A stretch of DNA of 64,000 nucleotides, from positions 4,836,001 through 4,900,000 of the forward strand of contig NW_027361897.1 in assembly GCF_039654945.1 (NCBI RefSeq), in the 5' to 3' direction. Both the position numbers and the translations under genes were made by a program. Positions 1 through 10,731 of the stretch are shown here, one piece after another. How positions within the stretch are numbered: the stretch's first letter is position 1; each line of letters opens with the position of its first letter. Source of the stretch: Dendrobates tinctorius (taxonomy: Eukaryota). The notes under the pieces were generated by a model that saw only the letters and a list, made by a program, of their open reading frames with translations, was not told the origin of the DNA and did no database searches.

Positions 1-430
1 CTTTGTTCAGTATTTTACTGTCTGATTAATAATGGAAAGAAACAATAGCTCTTTATTTAGCTTGAAGCGAGCACATATTGGTACGGGCTCTCAGTTCTGA
101 AAATGGTGCATTGGTTCCGTGACTTGGCAGGACCTGAGCTACAGAACAACTAGAGGGATTTCTTTAATTTGGACCCAAGTGATCAATCAGAAGAGTTGGC
201 AGTAATGTGGCAGGACAAGTACCAATCATTCCAGTTAATAAATGACAGGGTTCTTGGCACAGGATGGGCACTTCCCATCAAGCAGCACAGAGGTGTCAAT
301 TATTTTGCAAAATTCTTTTTTAAACTTTTAACTCTGATGGTGAAGGTTTTATTTTGTCAACAAGGGATGATCCAAATAAGTCTACTTTATATTCATTTAA
401 CTTTTGGAAATCCGCAAATAGTTGTACTAG

Positions 431-1468
431 ATGTGGAGGGAAAGTAGATATAGTATAGTAGAAAAACCGCGCGCTCATCTTTCATCGTTTTTAAGAAATC
501 TCAAGATAGAAGAGGCCAGGAGCCATTTGGTGAGCTGCATTTCTTGCTACATGTTCACAGATTTACCAGTGGAAAAGCCAAACTTCACATGCCACAAATG
601 CAAGCTTGTGTCCCTGTTGGAGGAAAAGTTGCAAAATCTCGAAGAGAGGTTAGCTACGTTGAAGATCATTAAGGAAGGTGAAGAGTTCTTGGGCAGAGCA
701 GAATTATCTCTTCATGTCACAGAAAGAGAAGAAATTCGAAGTGCACCTGAAGAAACAGAGGAATGGAGACATGTGACCCAGAGAAGCAGGAGGATCGGGA
801 GGCAGTCAGCACCCATACTGCTCAGGAACAAGTACCAGGCTCTCACGCAGGAAAACGATGAAGAAATACATCAGGATAAGACTTTGCCAACAAACAGCAA
901 CCTTGTACGCCTTCAGAGTCCTCCTGGATGGAGAAAGAAAAATGTTGTGAAGAAGAAACGGAGAGTGGTGGTCATGGGGGATTCCCTGTTGAGAGGAACA
1001 GAGGCCGCTATCTGCAGACCGGATATAACTTCAAGAGAAATGTGCTGTCTTCCAGGTGCAAAAATTAAAGATGTGTCTGACAGGATATCAGGACTCTTCA
1101 GACCTACAGATGACTACCCATTCCTGCTACTACATGTGGGGACAAATGACACCGCAAGAAACGACCTGGAAACCATCTGCAGAGACTTTGAAGACTTAGG
1201 CAAGAAAGTGAAAGAACTGGGAGCGCAGGTGGTCTTCTCTTCCATCCTCCCAGTGGATGGCCATGGAACAAGGAGGTGGAATAAGATTCTGCAGGTGAAC
1301 AACTGGATACGTCGATGGTGCCGTCAGCAACGATTTGGATTTCTGGATCACGGAGTGAACTACTTATACGATGGACTGCTTGCTAGAGATGGGGTGCACC
1401 TTACGAAGACTGGAAAGCATGTATTTGGAAGTCGCCTTGCTACACTTGTAAGGAGAGCTTTAAACTAG
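431..1468 (+). CDS. CR1 ORF1 protein (zinc finger, leucine zipper, SGNH/GDSL esterase)
   Basis: 345-aa open frame: CxxC..CxxC (CISC..CHKC), heptad LEEKLQNLEERL, and motifs GDSLLRG, CCLPGA, HVGTND, DGVHL; ends RRALN*. The true start codon is uncertain. Confidence 0.9.
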   Translation: MWRESRYSIVEKPRAHLSSFLRNLKIEEARSHLVSCISCYMFTDLPVEKPNFTCHKCKLVSLLEEKLQNLEERLATLKIIKEGEEFLGRAELSLHVTEREEIRSAPEETEEWRHVTQRSRRIGRQSAPILLRNKYQALTQENDEEIHQDKTLPTNSNLVRLQSPPGWRKKNVVKKKRRVVVMGDSLLRGTEAAICRPDITSREMCCLPGAKIKDVSDRISGLFRPTDDYPFLLLHVGTNDTARNDLETICRDFEDLGKKVKELGAQVVFSSILPVDGHGTRRWNKILQVNNWIRRWCRQQRFGFLDHGVNYLYDGLLARDGVHLTKTGKHVFGSRLATLVRRALN

Positions 1469-4375
1469 AACAACATGGGAAGGGAAGCAAAAGACCAGAA
1501 AAAGCCATACACCTGACAAATGCTATTGAGAACTCTGCTATTAGAAGTGGAAAGGAAGAACAAAGACAAAAGAATCTAATTAATAAAAATATTGGAGAAA
1601 GAGAAACCAATCACAAACTAAAATGTTTCTATACTAATGCACAAAGCATGGGCAACAAGCAAGGAGAATTGGAACTACTAACACAGGAAAAGAAATATGA
1701 TGTCATTGGAATCACTGAAACTTGGTGGGACAATACACATGATTGGAATTCAAGACTAGAAGGATACAACTTATTTACAAGAAACAGACTTGATAAACGA
1801 GGAGGGGGTGTCGCATTGTATGTTAGAAACGCGTATATCTGCACAGAGATTGAAGCTTCAGAGACTGGGAGTTCTGTGGAAACTGTTTGGGTAAGAATAC
1901 AAGGACAGAACAATGGAAAGGACACCATTGTAGGCATTTACTACAGGCCGCCTGTGCAAGCTGAAGATATGGATGAACTCTTCATGCATCAAATGGCCAA
2001 GTTCTCCAAAAAATTTGACATAGTTGTCATGGGAGATTTCAACTATCCAGACATTTGTTGGGAATCTCTCTCAGGCAAAACTAACAGGTCAAGGAAACTC
2101 TTATCCTCTCTTGCTGACAACTTTATCTTCCAAAAGGTAAGGGAGAAAACAAGGGGAACTGCTACCTTGGATCTAATCCTTATAAACAGGAAGGAAATGG
2201 TTGAAGAGGTAAAAGTGGCTGGGACCCTAGGAGGTAGCGACCATGGTATTTTAGAATTTTGGATAACTAGAGGCGGAAGACCTGTGAAGACTCAGACGTC
2301 AAGGTTAGATTTCAGAAAGGCAGATTTTAAGGGATTCAGAAAGAGAATTGGAGGGATCCAATGGCTGGATATCCTTAAAGACAAAAATGTCCAGGAAGGA
2401 TGGGAAATCTTGAAAAATGAAATTCTCAAAGCACAGTTGTTAACAATTCCAAAAAGAGGGAAGAATAGGAAGCATTTAAGGAAACCAGGATGGATGAACA
2501 CAGAACTTAAGCACATGCTAAAAAGGAAGAAAAAAATATTTATAAAATGGAAAGAGGGAGGCATATCTAAAGAAGAATATAATGCTGTCTGCAGAACCTG
2601 CAGGGCACAAATCAGATTAGTAAAGCTGAAAATGAATTGAGGCTGGCAAGAGATGTCAAAAGCAATAATAAAGGATTTTGGGGATATGTCAAAAGTAAAA
2701 GAAAAGTCAAAGATGCTATAGGATTTTTACAGGATGAAAATGATGAAATGGTAAGACAGGATGTTGAGAAGGCTGAACTTTTAAATTCCTATTTTGCATC
2801 TGTTTTCTCTCAGAAAGGAAATGTAACATCAACTGTTATTCACTGTCCTATTAAGGGAATAGAAGAATCCAGGATATCTATAAACAGAAAGATAGTGAGG
2901 AAACACTTAGCTAACCTAAATGAATTCAAATCTCCAGGTTCAGATGAATTACACCCCAGAGTACTGAAGGAGATAGCAGAAGAAATTTTTGAACCCCTCT
3001 CCATAATCTTTGAAAATTCTTGGAGAACAGGAGAAGTGCCAGAAGACTGGAGAAGAGCAAATGTTGTTCCTATCTTCAAAAAGGGGAAGAAGGTGGACCC
3101 AGGCAACTATAGGCCGGTGAGTCTGACTTCTATACCAGGAAAGATCTTTGAACAAATTATTAAACAACATGTATGTCAATACCTGGATAAGAATGAAGTG
3201 ATTAAACAGAGTCAGCATGGGTTTGTAACTAATAAGTCATGTCAGACTAACTTAATTTCCTTCTATGACGGTATCACTGATTGGGTGGATCAAGAAAATG
3301 CTGTAGATATAGTATATCTAGACTTCAGCAAAGCATTTGACAAAGTCTCTCATACAATCCTTATTGAAAAAATGACTAAGTATGGAATGGACAAGGCAAC
3401 TGTTAGGTGGATTCATAACTGGCTTAGTGATCGGACCCAAAGAGTGGTCGTAAATGGCTGCACATCCAGTTGGAAGAATGTCTCAAGTGGGGTACCACAG
3501 GGCTCTGTCCTGGGCCCTGTATTATTCAACATCTTTATCAACGATTTAGATGAAGGAATTGAGGGTAAACTGATTAAATTTGCTGATGACACAAAGCTAG
3601 GAGGGATAGCTAATACTAGAGAAGAGAGAGGATTCAAAAAGATTTAAATAAACTGGAGAAGTGGGCAGCAACTAACAGAATGGTTTTTAACAGGGAGAAA
3701 TGCAAAGTACTACATCTGGGCAATAAAAATGAAAAAAGCATATATAGAATGGGAGGAATAGGGCTAAGTGACAGCACATGTGAAAAATACTTGGGTATAC
3801 TAATAGATCACAGACTGAATATGAGTCAACAGTGTGATGCAGCAGCAAAAAAGGCAAATGCAATTCTAGGATGTATTAACAGAAGCATACAGTCTAGATC
3901 ACGTGAAGTCATTATTTCCCTCTACTCCTCTTTGGTCAGACCTCATCTGGAATATTGTGTCCAGTTTTGGGCACCACATTTTAAAAAAGACATCAACAAA
4001 CTGGAGCAAGTTCAGAAAAGAGCGACCAAAATGGTGACCGGTCTGCAAACCCTGTCTTATGAGGAAAGGTTGCAGGATTTGGGAATGTTTAGTTTGCAAA
4101 AGAGAAGACTGAGAGGAGACTTAATAGCTATCTACAAATATCTAAAGGGCTGTCACATTGTAGAAAGATCAACTTTATTCTCATTTGCACAAGGAAAGAC
4201 TAGAAGCAATGGGATGAAGCTGAATGGGAGGAGACACAGATTAGATATTAGAAAAAACTTATTGACAGTTAGAGTGATCAATGAGTGGAACAGGCTGCCA
4301 CGAGAAGTGGTGAGTTCTCCTTCAATGGAAGTCTTCAAACAGAGGCTGGACAGACATCTGACTGGGATGATTTAG
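1459..4375 (+). pseudogene. CR1 ORF2 (AP endonuclease + reverse transcriptase) with two frameshifts (about 2620 and 3630)
   Basis: APE motifs YTNAQS, GITETW, YYRPP, GDFN, LDLIL, SDH. RT motifs [39 protein letters not shown]-terminal RPHLEYCVQFW...WNRLP. Split over ORFs 1648-2640, 2637-3647 and 3680-4375. Confidence 0.95.
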
Positions 4376-6519
4376 CGAATCCTGCTTTGAGCAGGGGGTT
4401 GGACCAGATGGCCCAGGAGGTCCCTTCCAACTCTACTATTCTATGATTCTATGATTCCCCCTTTTCTAAATGTATTTATCTCTCCTTAATTTGTAAAGTG
4501 CCAATATATCCCACTGCACTGTACACTGATTGTACTCACTCACAATAAGTCATGTGCCCAACAAGGCTCACAATCTAAATTCTCTACCTGAAATGCACAC
4601 TAGGGATCATTTGTAAGGACCAGTTATATCAATCCCTAGTTTTCTTTAAATGACCCATAATGCTCAAACATAAGATTGACATATTGACGTGTGACTGCTG
4701 CAGCCAACCACGAGGGGGAGGGAAAAGAGTTACGGTCAGATTAAAACTGAGCAATTAGTGCTGATCATTGATATAATGGACAATCTATACATGATGCAGG
4801 AGAAGGAATGATCCAGCTTCAGATGCAGGTATAAATATAAAAAATTGTTTATTGCAAAAAAATTAAAAATATTTGACAAAATATGATCAATTGCACACCA
4901 ACAATCTAAAGTGTGAGGTGGGGACTTGGAAGTCTCATCATCATCAGACATGTTTCGAGCGCTACCTGCCTGCGCTCTTAGACTTCAAACTTGTGCTCCT
5001 GTTTGTTTGTTCTGATTATTCCCGTTATTCCCGTTTTTTCTTCTTGGTCCATTTTTTGAACATCCTCTACTTTTGTGATTTTGTTCCTGATGCGACTGCT
5101 TGGCTTTGACCCTGCTTGGTGACTCTTCCTGCCTCTGGTTTGCTCCTCTGGATATCAGCCCTTTCGTGGAAGTAATCAAGCTGACCCTGTAGTAAGACCA
5201 GATCCCTGTTGTAATGGTGAAGGTTGGGATTTCTCTGGCACCTTTCCCATGGAGTGCCTTATGCCAAGTCTGTCCAAAGTAGCCTTTTTGAAGCTGTGGC
5301 TTCTAAAAATTGTGACACCTACCAGGTACAAGTAACTGAAGAGAAAGCAAAAAGTGTCACCCAGTGTACCAACACCAAAATTGTGATGAGGACTAAGTGG
5401 TCTCACACTCTGGTTTGTGCACCAGGTAAAATTGAGTTACAAACACTGGATTGAAACAGCTCTTGGTGTAATTCTAATGCTAGGACTTCCTCCATGTTGA
5501 TATTGCATAAGTTAGTGATAATGCTACTAAATTATAAGATACTGCCAAGTCTGTTGATTGATAGGCAGCAGATAGCCACCACAAGGACCTACATCGTGTG
5601 TTTACTGAGGAGGGAACTGTAGGCACATGGTGGTGTTCTGGCATTCTGTTTAGGCCCCACTGTGACCCATGGAGGCACGAAGGTTGCTTATAAACGTGTG
5701 CCCAGACATGGCAAGGTTCATGTAGGAATTCGAGTTCCCGAAGCTTCAAGAAGGCGCTATTGAAAGGATGTTGTGGATATATTTTAGAAAACTATCAGGA
5801 GAGGGAACAGATTTAAGTTGCTAAGTGCTGATGTGCTTAGCTTGCAGTGGATTGCCTGGGCTACATACAATTAGGGATGGGTTAAGAGTAGCCAGGGCCC
5901 CTGGACAGTTTAGAAGGTGTGGCCACTGGAGAGACCGAACCGATAGGCTGAAATTAATTACTGTGTAATTATTTTTTATATTAATTGTATGACTTAATAT
6001 TGAGCAGAATCAAGTATGCTGACAACCCCTATATACAGTATGAGCCTCCACATAGCCCCCCTGTGTACAGTGTGAGCCTCCATATAGCACTCTGCATACA
6101 ATATGAGAATCCACATAGCTCCCTCAATCAACATCCAAAGCGATCAACCTATGTGGCCCTTAAAACCCTTAAAAATTTTCTCTTTAACTAGTTAGAAACA
6201 CAATATATCAAGAATAAATGCACACACATTTGGACAGAAAAACTGATTTTATTTTTTTAAATGAGGGAAGAAAGGGACTAGTTTTGCCCTTCACAATTCC
6301 CTTCCTGAAACGGTATGGTACCTCTGTTCATCTTTGACTGCCCCTGTGTAGCCCTACCACTACTCTAACTGAACAGGGATCCTCAATAGGTGATCAGATA
6401 ATAAGTATTGAACATATATAAATATATACAATATAGATAATAGTGGGCTGAAGGCAATTCAAATCACAAAACACCCATATACCTCATAGTTATGTTTCTA
6501 TGGATATGGACTATCCTAT

Positions 6520-6520
<1 letters not shown>

Positions 6521-6565
<45 letters not shown>

Positions 6566-6582
6566 TGTGTGTGTGTGTGTAT
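6521..6582. repeat. (TA)n/(GT)n microsatellite, target of the LTR element
   Basis: Visible directly; TA run resumes at 12570-12585 on the other side of the element. Confidence 0.9.
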
Positions 6583-7313
6583 TGTAGGGATTCAACTCGC
6601 TTAGGTGTGACGGGAGACAAGCAGGAGGCACGTTCCTTTAAAAGTTCATAGGGATTATTGCTCCATAACCCATAAGCCATCACATAACATAAGGAATAGC
6701 CTTTAGCTCAGGCGAAAGCAAGTATAAGTGTCCATGATTTCAGGCTCAGTCCTGAAGCCTCAGCAAACACAGGAGGCTTATCCATCCTCACATACAGCCA
6801 ATATACATAGGCCTCCCCGAGTCAGCAGCCTCAGCACGTGGTCTTCAAGAAGGGAGCACACCTTCTTCCACCTAGGCCTACCGGGATCTTCTACATGGCC
6901 CAATCAGAGCCATGCGCTCTCTCCCATGTGACCAGACCTCAGGTACCTTATATGGTCCATAACCACACCCACAGGTGATCACATGGCTATGACCTCACTA
7001 AAGGTCCTATTACACACAGCCACACATATACTTTATTATGACACTCTTAAACACACCCCTGGGTGGGTTTGTAGGTAACCAGGCCTGCCCATCTCTCTAG
7101 CTACCTGGAGACTTCTCCCTGACACATTGAAACAACACATCAGCAATATCATTGCTGATCAACACATAAGTCTCCATCTCAAGGCCACCCACCTTGAGAT
7201 ACATAACGATCCTTCAGCATCCTATACCCATTACCACAATGGATATGCCTGTAGGCCCATCCTGGGACACCCACACAGCGGCCCCTAGCGGACATAGTTG
7301 TCACTACACCACA
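6583..7313 (-). repeat. 3' LTR of the FXR-carrying element
   Basis: Direct repeat of 10732-11169 plus 12277-12569, about 95-96% identical by eye; minus strand reads TGTGGTG...CCCTACA. Confidence 0.93.
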
Positions 7314-7327
7314 TACCTCCCCCCTCT
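7314..7327 (-). promoter_or_regulatory. Polypurine tract (PPT)
   Basis: Minus strand AGAGGGGGGAGGTA directly precedes the TG start of the 3' LTR. Confidence 0.85.
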
Positions 7328-7843
7328 GTTCAAACTTGTGGGGTTGAACACATGACATCACCCAGGGATCTCGAGACCGGGCACCCATGTCACCTTGCCC
7401 TACAAGTCGAGAGGACAATCTCCGTCTGTTTCGGTATTTATGTTAGGCCTCCCCCGACCCCAGCGGTCAGTATCTCGGCCTTGGACTTTGGCCTTCCCGT
7501 CAACGTCCGTCAGGGTGACCAGACACTCTTTTGTCTCCACCTGTCTGCAGTGCGATCGGTCACCCGACCTTTCTCTCACTGGCCGGCTCTCCCGGTTCGT
7601 ACGGTCATGAGTCCCACGTCCAGTTGGGCTAACTGGCTGGTCTGAGTTTGACCCTCTGTTGCTACGTCCACCACCGGGTCTCGTGCCTATGCTACTAAGA
7701 CTAGAACTGCCACTTGCGGACTCTCAACGTTCTTGCCTTCGACTACCTGTCCTTTCATTATTTGGAGGATCCCTTCGGGTCCTTACACCTTGGGTTGGAG
7801 GTGGATGCCACCTGACGTTCTGTATCTGCTTATTCAACTGCAG

Positions 7844-9508
7844 TCAATCCTGTCTTAGCTGCTCAATCTCCTTCAGGTACGCTACCCGATCTTCCAGGAG
7901 CATGTGAAGGTTCCCAATGCTTTCCATCGAGCCAACCATGACTGGAACCATGTCATCTTCAACAGCTACTTGGATTTCCCCAGCAGGTGGGATCCTCACT
8001 CTCTTCACACTGGATCGATTTACCATTTCCTGCATCACCTTTCCAAGTCTGCCAACGACTTTCCCCACCAGATTTCTGGGTACCGGAATTATGTCTTCCA
8101 CAAAGCCCAGTCGACTTTGAGCTGCCCTCGCAAGCTCCAGACGTCGAGCGGCTTTCCTATTACGCACCACGAGCATCTGTTTCGTGCGGAGACATTGTAG
8201 GTGCATCTCCTTCAGGACATCCACCCTTCTCTCTGTGTCTTCTGTTTCTGCCAGTATCACCAACTGGTCTGTCTCTGGTGCCCAGTTTACACTATAGGCC
8301 TTTACTGCCTTTTTAAAGGTCTCATGCACACCCTCGCTGGCACATGTTTCTCGCACGTCTTCGAATACCTCCATCATGCACTTGAAGGTCGTGGACTTGC
8401 TCTCATCCTGGACAGATGGCTCTGGATTCCCCACGGACACTTCCCTCAAGGTATCTGTCACGATCGGGTGACTGTCTTGTGCAGCTCTTGGCTCACCATC
8501 TTCCTGAGATTTACAGTCTTCAGGACCCTTTTTCAAGATGGGCTTTGGCAGTTCTGCTTTGTTATCACTCGGGCCCGGCCACTGTACATCTTCGTCCCAG
8601 CTCTTCTCCCGCAGAAGATCTTTTACTACTCCTCTGAGTTCTTGGAGAACTTTATCCTGCTCCTCTGCCATGTAGCAACGCTCATCCTCTCTTTGGAGAA
8701 TCTCCTGTTGATGCTCCTCTTGGGCCTCTCTGAGCACCTCCATATCCTTCACTATAGCTTTGCTCATAGTTTGACACGATGACAGGTGACCCCTGAGCTC
8801 AGAGACTTCCTTCTCCAGCTCATCCACTCTGTGCTCAGCTGCTTGCCTTATGACTCTTTCCCGTTCGACATGTTCTTCCACTGTCTCCTTTATCAGCTGT
8901 ATCTCACGATCCTGTTCTCTTTTGGCCAGCATGTGTCTCACCACTACTTCTTTAATTAGATCGTCAAAGGGTACCACTAGGTCAGTCCCGTCAGTCTCAT
9001 CTCCCAGCCCACCATCCGTCATGTCACGAGACATCAGGTCTGTAAGTTGGGCAGATGTACTTCTTCCTGTCAGTTCTACCTCTGACCTGTCCATGTCAGG
9101 AGGTGTCCCTGTCTCAGTGTCTGCTGGCCCCACAGTCGAAACGTCTTCATCGTCCGACCATACGTCATCAAACACAGCAAAGTCTCGATCCCTCTCAAAG
9201 GTATGCACTAAGTTTGGTGGCATACTACCACCTTGACACTTCCCCTTTGTCATCTCAATCATAACTCTGACCACTGTATAATTCACAATGACCCCATGGT
9301 CGCAGCGAACCCTGACATTTTTCTCAGTCAGAAATAAAACGAGAGGAGTTCCTGTCAGAGTCACCTGACTCTTTGAGTCCAGCCTACCAGTGACTCCTTC
9401 CCGGTGTAGCATCACGGTACACACCTGTGGCCCATCGTTATCAGGAAAATACATGCCGCACTCCTCAAAACTCATACACACACACTGCGGTTCCCCAGAC
9501 ATAGCCAC
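7844..9508 (-). CDS. Chimeric protein: degenerate retroviral-type aspartic protease, acidic linker, coiled coil, FXR1/FMR1-family KH0 and KH2 domains
   Basis: 554-aa ORF; the frame is open from 9814. The C-terminal part ([30 protein letters not shown]...[11 protein letters not shown]...[31 protein letters not shown]...[24 protein letters not shown]) matches remembered FXR1 sequence ([30 protein letters not shown]...[31 protein letters not shown]...[24 protein letters not shown]). Confidence 0.85.
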   Translation of the reverse strand: [554 protein letters not shown]

Positions 9509-9529
9509 TGAGCAACCAGTGCTGCAATT

Positions 9530-9790
9530 TCCTGAACCACCCCAATTTGGGTCGCCGCCCCCTCCTGGGACTCCACCCCTTTTTGGGTTACCACGCCAAT
9601 TTGGGTCACCGCCCCCTTCTGGGACTCCACCCCCTTTTGGGCTATCATCCCAATTTGGGTCACCGCCCCCTTTTGGGACTAAACCCCCTTTTGGGTTACC
9701 ACTCCAATTTGGGTCACCGCCCCCGTTTGGGACTCCACCCCTTTCTGGGCCACCACCCCGATTTGGGCCACCACCCCCTTTCGGGATTTC
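9530..9790 (-). repeat. 18-bp coding minisatellite with 54-bp higher-order unit (Gly-rich hexapeptides in frame with the ORF)
   Basis: Translates PKGGGG PNRGGG PERGGV PNGGGD PNWSGN PKGGLV PKGGGD PNWDDS PKGGGV PEGGGD PNWRGN PKRGGV PGGGGD PNWGGS. Confidence 0.85.
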
Positions 9791-9971
9791 CCCATGTCCA
9801 TTCTGCAGAACTTCTTATGCCACAGTTCGCACAGTACAGTTTATGTCTTTTTGGGCTCGTACTGGCCTTTTAAGCACGACACCACACCAGTTCCTTCTGG
9901 CACTGCCACAGCTTCTGCTGTCACAAATAACTGGCACCACCGGTTGCTGTTCACACACAGCAGCTGATGTC

Positions 9972-10110
9972 CTCTTCGTAACCCCGCCGAGTTACAGGAA
10001 GCCGCTTGTCCCCTTCGTAACCCCACCGAGTTACCGGAAGCCGCTTGTCCCCTTCGTGACCCCACTGAGCCACAGCAAGCTGCCTTGCAAAAACCTTCAT
10101 GACCCCTCTG
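9972..10110. repeat. 39-bp tandem repeat (about 3 copies) in the leader of the LTR element
   Basis: 'ttcgtaaccccgccgagttacaggaagccgcttgtcccc' recurs at 9975, 10014 and 10053. Confidence 0.8.
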
Positions 10111-10710
10111 AGCCACAGCAATCACCTTCAGGTTTTACAGAGGAAAAGAGGAAAAAGAAAAAAAAAACACCACACAAAAACTGAGGTGTCCTGTCTGTGT
10201 GCAATTCAGAACGAACCGTCTCCGCCTGAGACCGTCCAACACACAGGGTGCACCGGGTGCTATTCAGGGAGCCGACCCTCCTCCCAGGGTTTCCCAACAC
10301 ACCGGCCTCACCAGTTCCAGGGGCTCAGCGGGTGCTCTTCAGGACATCCGTCTCCTCCTGAGACTGCCCAACACTCACGCCTCACCAGGTCCAAGGTCAT
10401 ACCACGTGCTCCAGGGATCTGATTCTTCTCCCAGAACCTCCCAACACTGACCCTCCAGGACCTTGCTCACTGAACCCTCCAAGTACACAGTCTCTCACTG
10501 ACCCTGGTCAGTGCTACACGAATTCCTGTCCGTTACCTGCTGGTGTAAGCCACACAGGTTCCTGGACGCCTCTTCTCCTCAGAGGTATCCCACAAATATC
10601 AACACAGTCACTTTCTCTGACCTCGGTTAGCATTACTCACGATTTTCCACGGCCGCCTGCTCTCCTGGCTCAGAGCCGTCAGTACGGTAACATGTGCTTC
10701 TTGGAACTGC

Positions 10711-10729
10711 TGCCCGCAGTCTGTCACCA
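10711..10729 (-). promoter_or_regulatory. Primer binding site, tRNA-Ala-like
   Basis: Minus strand TGGTGACAGACTGCGGGCA lies 2 nt after the 5' LTR and resembles TGGTGGAGAATGCGGGCA, the complement of the tRNA-Ala 3' end. Confidence 0.7.
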
Positions 10730-10731
10730 AT

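Larger units (their letters stand above)
431..4457 (+). mobile_element. CR1-clade LINE retrotransposon, near full length (5' boundary approximate)
   Basis: ORF1 with esterase domain followed by APE+RT ORF2. The 3' UTR 'cctgctttgagcagggggttggac...ggtcccttccaactc' ends in the CR1 (ATTCTATG)n octamer tail at about 4438-4457. Confidence 0.97.

Noticed and set aside
4840-5950. Possible decayed retroelement coding sequence on the minus strand
   Set aside because: Only short ORFs without motifs I can assign to a family.
7844-8480. Host fxr1/fmr1 gene
   Set aside because: Intronless, lacks Agenet domains and KH1, strongly diverged, and enclosed by LTRs with a TSD; no gene symbol assigned.
9390-10184. 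264-aa Pro-rich plus-strand ORF
   Set aside because: Antisense reading of the Gly-rich 18-bp and 39-bp repeats; PBS, PPT and the homology-bearing ORF all define the minus strand as sense.
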